Assembly: GCA_051313645.2 (NCBI GenBank)
Contig: JBNRSN020000002.1
Coordinates: forward strand, 577,220,001-577,284,000
Origin: Centroscyllium fabricii
Lineage: Eukaryota
DNA: 64,000 nucleotides
Reading direction: 5' to 3'
Made by a program: the position numbers and the translations under genes. Of the stretch, positions 23,873 to 36,528 are shown one piece after another. The notes under the pieces are model-generated. The model saw only the letters and a list, made by a program, of their open reading frames with translations, ran no database searches and was not told the origin of the DNA. Within the stretch, counting starts at the first letter, position 1. Every line of letters begins with the position of its first letter.

Positions 23873-24481
23873 GTAAGTCTGCTTGTATGTATGTGTGCTG
23901 TTACTTTCTGCATTCTGCCTTTGCTTTAACTCCAGAACGCTTGTTGATCTCCATACGTCAACTACATGCTGTAAGGTCACGAAATCTCATCAGCTAAATT
24001 GCACTTCACCTTGTGCATCCTATTTTACAACGCGACATTATTGTAAATGTTAAATGACTTCATACAACTGTACTCGTTCCATGTGAATTTTTACAGTGCA
24101 ACTCGTTCTGACACAGTGCTGGAACTTTATAGCCATATAACTTGGATTGGTTCGTGTTTGAGCAAATTATCCTGGTGATCTGCTTTGGTACCTTACAGAC
24201 ATGTTTTAAGAGGATAGTGTTAGAAACTTAAATCAATTGCTTGAATCAAATTTAAACTTGCATACTTAACTTGGCAAACATTTGTGGTCTTAGTTTTAAT
24301 TTGCAGCACTGACGAGCTTTTTTTGCAAGATGTCACTGTTCTTTCTAATTGCACCGATATCAATATCCTCGTGAAAGAACGCAGATCATTTTAACTCTGC
24401 CGCATGCATTTCATTGTTTCCCAAATCGTGCACAAGAGTCAGAAACCCTCCTGTAACTTTTGTCCCCTTTTGGTTACCTTA

Positions 24482-25985
24482 ATAGAAACATAGAAGATAG
24501 GATCAGGAGTCGGCCATTCGGCCCCTCGAGCCTGCTCTGCCATTCAATGCGATCATGGCTGATCATCCAAATTCCGTACCCTGTCCCTGCCTTGTTCCCA
24601 TATCCCTTGATCCCTTTAGCTTTAAGGAATACATCTAACTCCTTCTTGAATATATTTAATGAATTGGCCTCTACTGCCTTCTGTGGTAGAAAATTCCACA
24701 GGTTCACCACTCTCTGGGTGAAGAAATTTCTCCTCATCTTTGTCCTAAATGGCCTACCCCTTATCCTTAGACTGTGACCCCTGGTTCTGGACTCCCTGGC
24801 CACCAGGAACATCCTGCATCTAGTCTGTCCAGGCCTGACAGAATTTTGTAGGTTTCGATGAGCTCCCCTCTCAATCTTCTAAACTCCAGCGAGTATAAGC
24901 CCAATTGACACAATCTCTCCTCATACTTCATTCCTGCCATCCCAGGTATCAGCCTGGTGAATCTTCGCTGCACTCCTTCCATGACAAGAACATCCTTCCT
25001 CAGATAGGGGCGGCACGGTGGCATAGTGGTTAACACTGTCGCCTCACAGCATTGGAGACCCGGGTTCAAATCCAGCCTCGGGTACTTTCTGTGTGGAGTT
25101 TGCACATTCTCCCCGTGTCTGCGTGGGTTTCCTCCGGGTGCTCCGGTTTCCTCCCACAGTCCAAAGATGTGTGGGTTAGGTTGATTGGCCATGATAAATT
25201 GACCCTTAGTGTTAGGGGGATTAAATATGTGGGGTTACGGGGATAGGGTGGGATACGTGTCGGTGCAGGTTCGATAGGGATCGAGGGATATGGGGACAAG
25301 GCAGGGACGGGGTACTGAGTTTGGATGATCAGCCATGATCTCATTGAATGGCGGAGCAGGCTCGCAGAGCCGAATGGCCTACTCCTCCTATGTTTCTATA
25401 AGGCGACCAAAACTGCACACAATACTCGCGGTGTGGTCTCACCAAGGCCCTGTACAGCTGCAGCAAGACATCCTTGTTCCTGTACGCATATCCTCTTGCT
25501 ACAAAGACCAACATACCATTTGCCGCCTTAACCGCCTGCTGCACCTACATGCTCACCTTCAGCGACTGGTGCACAAGGACACCCAGGTCACTTTGCACTT
25601 CCCCTTCTCCCAATCTATTGCCATTCAAATAATAATCTGCCTTCCTATTTTTTGCCACCAAAGTGGATAACCTCACATTTATCCACATTACAGTGCATTT
25701 ACCATGTTTCTGCCCAATCACCCAACCTGTCCAAATCGTACTGGAGATCCACGACATCCTCCTCACAGCATACCCTCCCACCCAGCTTTGTTATCGAAAG
25801 CCTTCTGAAAGTCCAAATACACCACATCCAATGGTTCTCCCTAATCTATTTTACCAGTTACATCCTCAAAAAAACTCCAGTAGATTAGTCAAGCGCGATT
25901 TACCTTTTGTAAATCCATGTTGACTTTGTCCGATCCTGTCACTGCTTTCCAAGTGCTCTGCTATTACATCTTTTATAATGAACGC
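24482..25985 (-). mobile_element. CR1 LINE fragment with internal deletion, interrupted by a V-SINE
   Basis: Minus-strand ORF2 pieces (QHGFTKGKS..TNLLEFF; QQAVKAANGML; RNFFTQRVV) and tail. Confidence 0.9.
25006..25398 (+). mobile_element. V-SINE (HE1-like) with CR1-derived tail
   Basis: Full head gggcggcacggtggcatagtgg, V-domain and tail. Confidence 0.93.
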
Positions 25986-27009
25986 TAGCATTTGCAGAAG
26001 ACTTGGTTTACCAGTTAATAGTAATATTAAAGGGTTGGGGGGTGAGAGGTGTAGTACAGCAAAATAAAGTGAAACAATATCCAATAAGTTATGAGTATCC
26101 GAATAGCCCAAGCCTGGTTAAGCCTGTAGAAGTTATTTGTGCTTTGATACTGTATTTCAGGATGGAAAAGAGGCTTAAATTTAACGAATACAGTGGATGT
26201 ATTTGTGTTTGGAATTTTTTTTAATTGAGCACTAATGCTGAATGAGATCACCTGTGGTCTTATTGAGAGCCACTCTCTCGCCTGTAAAGTTGCGTTTAGT
26301 TGGCATGCAATGTCAGCTATGGAATAATATAAGTACCCTCTTGCTATATAGATTCACAGTGCATACACCATTGATGTCAAGTATTTGTTCTTTCCCTTCC
26401 CCCCACTGCCAAATTTCACTTCCCCGCTCACCCACTGTTAATTTCTCCCTAACCAATAATTCATCTCTCCTCCGACCCCACCCAGCGGCTATTGTGCAGT
26501 TCCACAGGCATCAAAAGCCGAATTCGTACCTTGTCCAAATGGTCATTTTCTGTGTGAGCCTGAAGTCTGTAAGCAAGCTGTTCCAGGTTGGAGAGGGCAC
26601 CACAGCTGAGCCTAATCTGGTGCTCGCTTAGTGTTCACCCGTGCACTTCCCAGCAGCAACCAGGGATCAGGATTGGGACCCTGGGCTAATTCCTTTTTGT
26701 TTTCTTCCCTCACAAGAGTGCTGAAGCCAATTGTGGGCTGAGACCCGCTCACTCCGCTCAGCACGGCCCCGGGGCCAAGCCTGGGATCTTCCTGTGCTGT
26801 GGCTCCGTACTACACCAGGCAGTGCACTTGCTGACTGGAGTGTTGGGGAGCTTTGTTAAATGTATGTTCAGTCGTAGCTGGTGGGAATGTGGCTGCACAA
26901 ATCCTTTGATACCAGAGTGCAATGGCTTTAGATCACTCTACAAACTGAAATGTATGTCTTGGGTTTTATTGAGTGACGGTTTGAAATGTTGTATTGTGTG
27001 CTGTGACAG

Positions 27010-27121
27010 ATCCAAGTGATTGAAGATGATAAGTCAAACCGAGGATCTGAGCCGTTCTCGACTGGTGTAAGAGGACAAGTTCCACCACTTGTTACTACTG
27101 ACTTCATGTTAAAAGATCAAG
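27010..27121 (+). CDS. SEC24C: SEC24C coding exon 7
   Basis: gacag| IQVIEDDKSNRGSEPFSTGVRGQVPPLVTTDFMLKDQ |gtagcg. Confidence 0.95.
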
Positions 27122-27769
27122 GTAGCGTCCCAGTGCTCAGTTCTACATTGTTTAACTAAACTCTCTAATATCTTCAGTATTCTGATTCATGGTAACACTG
27201 CTTATAACCAAAGCATATTTTGCAAATGGGATTGGCTGGCTTTACATAACCCTGTTCATTACATATATCCAAATTAGTCTGCATAGCTCTAACTTGGAAA
27301 AACTTTAAATGTTTTTCACATTAACATAAGATCAGCATCTCAATGTACTGAAATGGATGGGGTTAACCATTGAAGGATCATACACACTGGTCTTCACAAA
27401 GTCCTGGTGCCTGTCTTCCTTCAGAGCGCAATGCCAATACAACCTTTGGTCTGCTCAAGGGTATGAATCAAGTTATAAACTGCCATTTGATTCCAAAGGA
27501 GAGAAGTCCAAAAATGAGATGAAGTTGACAATTTGGGATATAATGAGAAGTTATCTAGCTATTTGATTATCTTCAGTCAAGAGATTGAATCGGATTACTT
27601 CTCTCCATCTGAGCCAGCCAGTGTTGCAGGACACGGACTGTCCGTGCCTTCTCTCTTGTGGTCCTTGGGAAAGGAATAATCACTTTGTCTTTGAAAAATC
27701 TTCAAAACACCTAGAGATTAAAAAAGACAGCTGACTCCCACGTACTAAAAGCTTCATCCTCGCACCTTT

Positions 27770-27881
27770 TACAGCGAGGCATCGCCAGCAGTATCTCCGC
27801 AGCAAGCCCCACTGCCCTAACGTGTACAGCGAGGCATCGCCAGCAGTATCTCAGCAGCAAGCCCCACTGCCCTAACGTGTA
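27770..27881. repeat. Two-copy ~55-bp tandem duplication
   Basis: tacagcgaggcatcgccagcagtatctc...gccctaacgtg occurs twice. Confidence 0.9.
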
Positions 27882-27926
27882 CTGAACTTGCACAGTTCCC
27901 TTCAGGATCTTCTACAGCTGGAAATA

Positions 27927-28247
27927 CAGGTTGCGCACCGTTAATCCGGCACCCTTGGGACCAGGCTGGAGCCGGACAACTGAAAATTCCGAACCACTGA
28001 AGGTTAAGGTAGAACGTGTGGGTAGGACACTCCCCGGGGCCCGGAGCACGCGGGTAGAACACTCCCCGGGAGGGAGCCTGGGGATAGAACACTTACAAGC
28101 CTTTTAAAAAAAACAGAAACCCAAACGCCCGACTCCTTCGGCGCGCGCCCACCCTTCGCGGGAAACGGTGGCCCCGCCGAGCGGCTGCTCCGCAAACTGA
28201 AGAGCGCCGGTTTCGATTCGGGTGCCGGATTACCGGTGCTCAACCTG
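27927..28247 (-). mobile_element. Tigger/pogo-like MITE ('empty' sister of 45135-45816)
   Basis: TA|CAGGTTGCGCACCGTTAATCCGGCACCC ... GGGTGCCGGATTACCGGTGCTCAACCTG|TA. Confidence 0.92.
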
Positions 28248-28330
28248 TAAAAGCTATTCAGTTCATCGCACATCCCTCTCCAATCACAGCATCTCATTGT
28301 ATTTTCAATATTCCCAGTGTATATTCCTTG

Positions 28331-28724
28331 ATAGAAACTAGGAGCAGGAGTAGGCCATTCAGCCCTTCGAGCCTGCTCCGCCATTCAATGAGATCATGGC
28401 TGATCATCCAAACCCAGTACCCTGTCCCTGCCTTGTCCCCATATCCCTCGATCCCTATCAAGCCTGCACCAACACACATCCCACCCTATCCCCGTAACCC
28501 CACATATTCAATCCCCCTAACACTAAGGGTCAATTTATCCTGGCCAATCAACCTAACCCGCACATCTTTGGACTGTGGGAGGAAACTGGAGCACCCGAAG
28601 GAAACCCAGGCAGACACGGGGAGAATGTGCAAACTCCACACCGATAGTACCCGAGGCTGGATTTGAACCCGGGTCTCTAGTGCTGTAAGGCAACAGTGCT
28701 AACCACTATGCCACCGTGCCGCCC
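28331..28724 (-). mobile_element. V-SINE (HE1-like) with CR1-derived tail
   Basis: Same structure as 25006-25398, reversed; CCTTGAT at both flanks. Confidence 0.93.
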
Positions 28725-28859
28725 TTGATGATCTTGCTTGGTAAATTAGTGAATGTTTTCCTGAATTCTGGTCTAAATATACTTTTCACTCCTCTCCTCT
28801 TGTCTTGTGTGTAGTTTAAAATGGAAATAATCTGACTTTCTCTCCTCTCTCCAACATAA

Positions 28860-29911
28860 TTGGATGATTTGGACATGTTGGGCGAGTGGGCTGATACATG
28901 GCAGATGCAGTATAATGTGGATAAATGCGAGGTTATCCACTTTGGGGGAAAAAATAGAAATGCCGACTATTATCTAAATGGCAATAGATTAGGAGAAAGG
29001 GAAGTACAACGAGACCTGGGTGTCCTGGTGCACCGGTCGCTAAAGGTGAGCTTGCAGGTGCAGCAGGCGGTTAAGAAGGCAAATGGTATGTTGGCCTTCA
29101 TAGCGAGAGGTTTTGAGTACAGGAATAGGGAGGTCTTGCTGCAGTTGTACAGGGCTTTGGTGAGACCAAGCCTTGAGTACTGTGTGCAGTTTTGGTCTCC
29201 TTATCTAAGGAAGGACGTTCTTGCCATGGAGGGAGTGCAGAGGAGATTCACCAGGCTGATACCTGGGATGGCAGGATTGACGTATGGGGAGAGACTGGGT
29301 AGACTGGGTTTGTACTCTCTGGAGTTTAGAAGATTGAGAGGGGATCTCATCGAAACGTATAAAATTCTAACTGGTCTGGACAGACTTGATGCAGGAAGAA
29401 TGTTCCCGATGGTAGGAGAGTCCAGAACCAGGGGTCATAGTCTAAGGATAAGGGGTGACTCATTTAGGACGGAGATGAGGAGGAATTTCTTCAGCCAGAG
29501 GGTGGTGGGGCTGTGGAATTTGCTGCCCCAGAGAGCTGTGGAAGCTACTACTTTGAATAAATTTAAAACAGAGATAGACAGTTTCCTGGAAGAAAAGGGA
29601 ATTAAGGGTTATGGTGAGCGGGCAGGCAAGTGGACATGAGGATAAGTTCAGATCGGCCATGTGATCTCCTGGACTAGTTTTCGATCGCTTAGATGGGTCG
29701 GAGAGGAATTTCCCAGATTTTTTCTCCCAAATTGGCTACTGGGTTTTTTATCTGGTTTTTCGCCTCTCCCGGGTGATCACATGTGTTTGGGTGGGATGGA
29801 AAGTTAAAATAAAATTGAGGTTGGGATCAGATCAGCCATGATCTTGTTGAATGGCGGAGCAGGCTCGAGGGGCCGATTGGCCTACTCCTGCTCCTATTTC
29901 TTATGTTCTTA
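28860..29911 (+). mobile_element. 5'-truncated CR1 LINE (chimeric, extended 3' UTR)
   Basis: ORF 28860-29639 (CR1 ORF2 C-terminus) plus tail. Confidence 0.94.
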
Positions 29912-30439
29912 TAACATTTGACAGATGTTTCAAGTTCCTTTCCTTAGCTGCTTTTTCTCTGGAATATCGAGCTCAATCTTTCCTCACACTTGGACACAGT
30001 CTTCGTGCACTGTGACCAACACTAACACTCTATTCCCAGTGTGATGTGAGGAGTGTATTAGGAATTCTTTGACGTATTTATAAACTTGTATTCCACTGTT
30101 CTGGCTCTGTATCCCAATGTTCTTTTTATAAATTGCACATTGACAGTAACCTGTCTCCCAATTATTTTTGGTCTTGTGCTAAAACAGTCCATTCATTGTA
30201 GACTTGACCCATTTTTCCAACCTGTGTGTGATACTTCACTTTTGGGAGTATTGGGATGTCATTTGCCCAATTGCACAACTGATCTAAATTATTTTTCAAA
30301 TCGTTTACTTTTTTGTGCTCCTCTCCATCCCCATCAACCAAGTCTATCGAAGGCAGTGTGGTTCAGTATGTTGGCCACTAGCCATATGTGGCTAACTGGG
30401 AATGCAGATGTGGCTAATTGCAATTTTGATTCATTAAAG

Positions 30440-31149
30440 GACATTTAAGAAAGGACATACTTGCTCTCGAGGCAGTGCAAAGAACGTTCACTAGGTTAAT
30501 TCCAGGGATGAGGGGGGCTGACATTATGACGAGAGATTGAGTAGATTGGGCCTCTACTCATTGGAGATCAGAAGAATGAGAGGCGATCTTATTGAAACAT
30601 ATAAGATTGAGAGAGGGCTTGATCGGGTGGATGCAGTGAGGATGTTCCCAATGGTGGGTGAAACTAGGACTAGGGGGCATAATCTTAAAATAAGGGGCTG
30701 CCATTTCAAAACTGAGATGAGGAGAAACTTCTTCACTCAGAGGGTGGTGGGGCTGTGGAATTTGCTGCCCCAGAGAGCTGTGGAAGCTACTACATTGAAT
30801 AAATTTAAAACAGAGATAGACAATTTCCTGGAAGTGAAGGGAATTAGGGGTTATGGTGAGCGGGCAGGTAAGTGGACGTGAGGCTAGGTTCTGATCGGCC
30901 ATGTGATCTGGACCAGTTTTCGATCGCCTGGATGGGTCGGAGAGGAATTTCCCAGATTTTTTCTCCCAAATTGGCCACTGGGTTTTTTATCTGGTTTTTC
31001 GCCTCTCCCGGGTGATCACATGGGTTTGGGTGGGATGGAGAGTAAAAGTAAAATTGAGGTTAGGATCAGATCAGCCATGATCTTGTTGAATGGCGGAGCG
31101 GGCTTGAGGGGCTGATTGGCCGACTCCTGCTCCTATTTCTTATGCTCTT
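30440..31149 (+). mobile_element. 5'-truncated CR1 LINE, same subfamily as 1-1357
   Basis: Near-identical to 652-1357. Confidence 0.94.
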
Positions 31150-31734
31150 AAAAAAATTAAGTAATCTCATTGGGTACGTGACCTGGATACACTGAGTCAC
31201 ACAGTGTGTGCATGTGTACTTCAACCGTTTTGTGCATTTGTTGAAGTGCTAAGCCTAAAAGCCGAGTGTGCGAGTGTTATTGTGAGTGCTTTACTTCCTT
31301 GGTTACTGAATGGTGCTAGATGCTTAAGTAAATATACATGTGAAGTATGTTTACCTGTATTGCACCAGATGTTTTCTCCTAAAATTAGTGCATGTGGTGA
31401 AAATGGTGTTGCCACAGCCTCACCTGTGGCTAGTTCGCGATTTCTATTGGACAGCACTTGGCCAAAAGATATGTGGATGGAAACTCCATTCAAAATGTTA
31501 AATTTGGATAGATCACTGATTCATCGGCGGTATATGGTGCATGTTCTCATTCTCATTGAATGAGGTTAGTGGAGAATAATTTATGTAAAATTGAAGTTCT
31601 GTTTTTGTTTGAATTGCTGAACCACATCAAGCATAGCTTTTGCAACAAAGCAGCTCCTTGGCATTCTACATTGGTTTTCTAGAAGTAGGAATATTGTTTT
31701 GGGATATTACAACTTGTTTGTGCTTGTCTTGCAG

Positions 31735-31862
31735 GGAATTCAAGTCCTCGTTTCATTCGATGTGCAGCTTACAATATTCCTTGTACATCAGATATGGCAA
31801 AACAATGCCAAGTTCCCCTCACTGCAGTTATTAAACCGCTTGCTACGTTACCAACTGATGAG
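31735..31862 (+). CDS. SEC24C: SEC24C coding exon 8
   Basis: cttgcag| [42 protein letters not shown] |gtaatt. Confidence 0.95.
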
Positions 31863-31983
31863 GTAATTGCATTGTAATCTACATGCTTCAGATGTTCATT
31901 CTGTTCCCTTTCTTTCAACTGGATGCACTATTTCAAATCTCCTTCGCTTTTGGCTTTTCCCCCCCTCACAGAGCACATGTGTA

Positions 31984-32563
31984 CAGGTTGAGCACCGCTC
32001 ATCCGGTAACCAAAAAGCCGGCAACTTCGGTTGTCCGGCATAATTGCCCTGACTGTCCTGCGCATGCGCAAAATGGCTGCCGCAGTCGATGCTTCGGCAA
32101 ATGATCTGCGCATGCGCCACCGAACGACGAGCGCATGCGCAGATCATTCAAAACGGCCGCCGGAGGCCGGACTGACCTTTGCCTCATTCGTGTGCCGCCG
32201 AACGGTAAGGATCTGTCGCTCGCTCCGGCCTCTCTCCCTCAGCGCTGCCCGGGACCGGGACTGCGCTCTACTAACTTGTTAGTGCTGTGCTGGGCCTACA
32301 GCCTAGGCCTTAATTTATGGTGGTGGGGTGGGGGGAGGGACCCATCCTGTCTGCCTGTTGAGCCGAGCCGAGGGATCTTTGCACGGCGGGTTCTGGGCGG
32401 CTGCAGCTACACTGCAGGTGATCAAAACTTCCGGGGGCCATTTCCAATGTTGTGCGCATGTGCGTGGCCATTTTGAATATGGCCAACTTCATTCTCCCGG
32501 TTTTTTTCGGTATACCGGCGCGGGCCTAGTCCCGCCCGTGCCGAATTAACGGTGCTCAACCTG
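31984..32563. mobile_element. Tigger/pogo-like MITE related to 15706-16442 (opposite orientation), different interior
   Basis: TA|CAGGTTGAGCACCG ... CGGTGCTCAACCTG|TC; ~32010-32150 is the reverse complement of ~16275-16415. Confidence 0.88.
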
Positions 32564-33092
32564 TCTTAGACCAAAGGTTCTATTCAACACTGAAACATGC
32601 TTCACCTGACTTAAGTGCTTTCAACCAAATGTTTAAACGTTAGCCTAAATAACCCGATAGACGGCCAGTTTATTCGATGATTAGATGAGCCTTTTGGACT
32701 CTGAAGGTTATCCGGTTAGATCCATGGCTTTGTGTTGCGTCAGGAAGGTGGTCGAGGCGCAACAGTTGGTTTCGTTGCTTTTAAATTAAACGAGGGATGG
32801 GGGAAATCGGCCATGGCTTGCAGTCTTAATTGTAAACCGGAGAGCCCTACTGGGAGAGTGCATGTGCGGAATGGCCTGGACAGGGCAAGAATCCTGGAAT
32901 TATTTAAGAAACTGCTGAATAGTACCACGGTGGGGCTGTGGTTTCTCTCTGCATGTGTGGGCTCAGATGGGCCGACTAGACTTCCTCATCTGTGCCGAGG
33001 CACTGACTGCTCTGTCACTCCGTATGGGTGAATAGCAACTGCTTGGCTGACTTCCTGGGGATTGACTGGCACTCGGGAAATAGTTCCCCAAC

Positions 33093-33833
33093 AGAGCCGA
33101 CAACAACCTGGAACTGAACACCAAGAAAACCAAGGAGATCAGAGTGGACTTCCAGAAGACTAAAAGCAGAAGACACACCCCCATCTTCATCCAAGGGGCT
33201 GAGGTGGAAAGGGTGTCCAGCTTCAAGTTCCTCGGGGTCCACATCTCGGAAGACCTCTCCTGGTTACTAAACACCTCCTCTCTGGTTAAGAAGGCCCAAC
33301 AGCGCCTGTACTTCCTAAGGAAGCTGAAAAAAGCCAAGCTGACATCCGGCATCCTCACCAACTTCTACCGCTGCACAATCGAAAGCATACTGACAAACTG
33401 CATCACAGTCTGGTATGGAAACTGCACCATCTCGGACTGGAAGGCCCTGCAGCGGGTAGTCAAAACTGCCCCACGAATCACCGGCACCCAGCTACCGTCA
33501 ATTGAAAGCACCTACCTGAAACGCTGCCTACGGAGGTCTCACAACATTATTAATGACCCCACACACCCAGCCATAGTCTGTTTGCCCCCCTGCTTTCCGG
33601 GAGACGCTACAGATCAATTCGCACCCGCACGACTAGATTCAAGAACAGCTTCTTCCCCAGGGCTGTCAGCCTCCTGAACTCTAACAAAAACCTCCAGTAT
33701 CTGCACACCTGAAATGTACTTTACTGTATGCAATTGTATGTAACTTACTTGCACTACTCTCGGGAGCGGCGAGTCTTCGTTTCGTTGTATTGTACTAGTA
33801 CTCTGCAATGACAATAAAACTTGAATTGAATTG
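33093..33833 (+). mobile_element. Rex1/Babar-clade LINE, 5'-truncated
   Basis: VERVSSFKFLGVHISEDLSW..NT..LVKKAQQRLYFLRKL..FYRCTIESILT; tail gacaataaaacttgaattgaattga. Confidence 0.9.
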
Positions 33834-35649
33834 ATGCCTTTAGGAAGAGAAAGGAAAAAATGAACAAAAATAGGAAGGGGAAAATGGCTTACAAACTGAA
33901 AGTGGAGTCCTTCAGTCAATGTTATTGGATACGTTGGCCCCATCATAATTTAAATATTTCCAGCTCTGGATTTGTGGATTTCCAGGCTTGTTTGCAGTGA
34001 CTGTTCCAATACGATGAGTGAAGCTGCCTCACAGGATCTTTCCACATCAGTGGTTGATGTCCCGGGGGGCAGGAAGACCAGTAAAAGCAGGCGTTCAGTG
34101 AGAAAGAGCATTCAAAAACAAAACTTTTAATTTCCCCCCTCATTTGTTTCCCTTTTTTCTCTCTCTCTCTGTTTTCTTCCTTCTGTCTTTCTCTCCGTCA
34201 GCTTCTCATCTTCCTTCCCACATTCTTTTGCTCATTGCCTGTCTCTCTCTCTCTCTCGCTCTCCTTTGAAAGCAGACAATGTTGGATTTTTTTTTGTGAG
34301 GTGATATGCTCTCCTCGTACTCTGTTACATTTCTGAACAGCTACATCCACCTCTCCAAGTCAGCTGGAGTGAGACATGATACTGAATTTGTTGCATTTGT
34401 CATTATTCCAAAAAAAAGCCTATGAAATTAGATCTGACTGCAAGTGGGTAGGTCTACCCAGCTCCCATCATGCTTAACCTGCCAACATGCAGAATTGCAC
34501 CCCTAGTGTGGCAGCAGGTAGCTTTTGTCTGCAGAAGCGCTCTAAATTTATCTTCCTGTTCATAGGTTTTGTGTGTGGGGAAAATTAGCTCTCGTTTACT
34601 TCACAGAAATTTGTTTCCCTGAAATTGAATGTTGTGAGCTGGAGAGCAATGCTTTACTTCAATGAAAGTCTAGCTTGCCAGTGCTTGCTGTCAAAGTTCA
34701 TGCGAGCGATGGCCGCGTTGCTGCCAATGGAACAGTGCCCCAGCACCGACTGAAGCCAAATAGAATGTGCGGTCTTTCAGTTAATGACGAGTTTTATTTT
34801 GTCGAGGTTCTTTGTGACGATGGTTCCATTTTTTCTGGTGCAGCTGTTGAGATAAATCCAAAAGCTGTAAATGACACCAGGCTCTGGAGGTCAGATCAGC
34901 ACATTTGGTTTGGACATTTCAAATTCCTGGATCATGCACTTGAGGTGCAGTTAATACCGTCAGCATGGATCGCATTTTTCCCTTTTTGGATTTAGGAAAA
35001 ACTCTTGGGTTGAAATAGATCCAGAATGACTGTGTGCATGTTCCCAAGATAGAAAATGGGAAATAGTTTGACTTGAAACTAATTAATTGCTACTGTAAAA
35101 CCCAATAGTGCATTGTCCACTAATGTGCCAACTATTTTATGAGGCTTCCAATATAGAAAAAGCTAGAGAAATATCGTTGCATCCATGAAGCTAAACAAGG
35201 TAGCTGTTTCCCTGCACTGTTTGGAAGGGAATTGGCCACTGGAGTATAGAAAGTCTTCTCATCTGACAGGAACTACTTCATGTTAAATCGTGACTATGGG
35301 ACGGGGCGACCGATTTAACCTGGTAAATGACATATTTAGGGTGTCAATTCTCGTCTAATTCTGCTCCGGTGAAGTGCCTTGGGACGTTTTACTCCATTAA
35401 AGGTGCTATATAAATGCCAGTTGTTTCAGTGAGATCAATGAGTTCTCTCTATACAGCATAGAGGGAGTAGTACTCAGAATGGATTTTCTATAATTATGTT
35501 TTTTGATCCTGCTTGCGGTATTACGGGAGGATAACTGGGAACTGTCTCCAAATAAGGGTATGCACAGCCGTGCCATTATACTCGGCCACACGTCACAACT
35601 CGGATTGATGTGCTTGCCTGTAACAGTCAACAAATGAGTTAAGATCAGA

Positions 35650-36528
35650 GACACAGGAACAGGAGGAGGCCATTGAGCCCCTCGAGCTTGTTCCTGTTCC
35701 GCCATTCAATGAGATCATGGCCGAGCTGTGACCTAACTCCATATACCCTCCTTTACCCCATATCCCTTAATACCTTTGGTTAACAAAAAGCTATCAATCT
35801 CGGATTTAAAATTAACAGCTGATCCAGCATCAATTGCCATTTGCGGAAGAGAGTTCCAAACATCTACCACCCTTTGTGTGTAGACGTGTTTCCTAACTTC
35901 ATTCCCGAAAGGTCTGGCTCTAATTTTGAGACTGTGCCCCCCTAGTCCCAGACTCCCCAACCAGTGGGAATAGTTTCTCTCTATCCACCCTATCCCCGGT
36001 AATATTTTGAAAACTCCGATCAGATCACCCCTTAACCTTGTAAATTCTAGGGATTGCGACCCTAATTTGTGTAATCTCTCCTCGTAATTTAACCCTTGGA
36101 GTCCTGGTATCATTCTAGTAAACCCATGGTGCACTCCCTCCAAGGCCAATATATGCTTCCTAGAACGGCTCCCAGTGCTCCAGGTGTGGTCTAACCAGGG
36201 TTTTGGAGAGCTGCAGCTCCCCCTTGTATTCTAGTCCTCTAGATATAAAGGCCAGCATTCCATGAGCCTTTTTGATTATGTTCTGTATCTGTTCATGACA
36301 TTTTAATGATCTATGTACCTGAACCCCCCAAGTCTCTTTGGACAGACACTGTTTTTCGCTTTTCACCATTTAGAAAGTATCCTGTTCTGTCCTTTTTAGG
36401 CCCAAAGTGGATGACCTTACATTGAAACCCATTTGCCACAGCTTTGCCCATTCACTTAATCTGGTGATATCCCTTTGTAATTTTATGCTTTCATCTACAC
36501 TGCCTACAATGCTGCCTATCCTTGTGTC
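35650..36528 (-). mobile_element. CR1 LINE, continues at 38274-38360 after nested insertions
   Basis: ORF 35733-36149 is a CR1 C-terminus; the KFANDT motif is split across the insertion. Confidence 0.88.
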
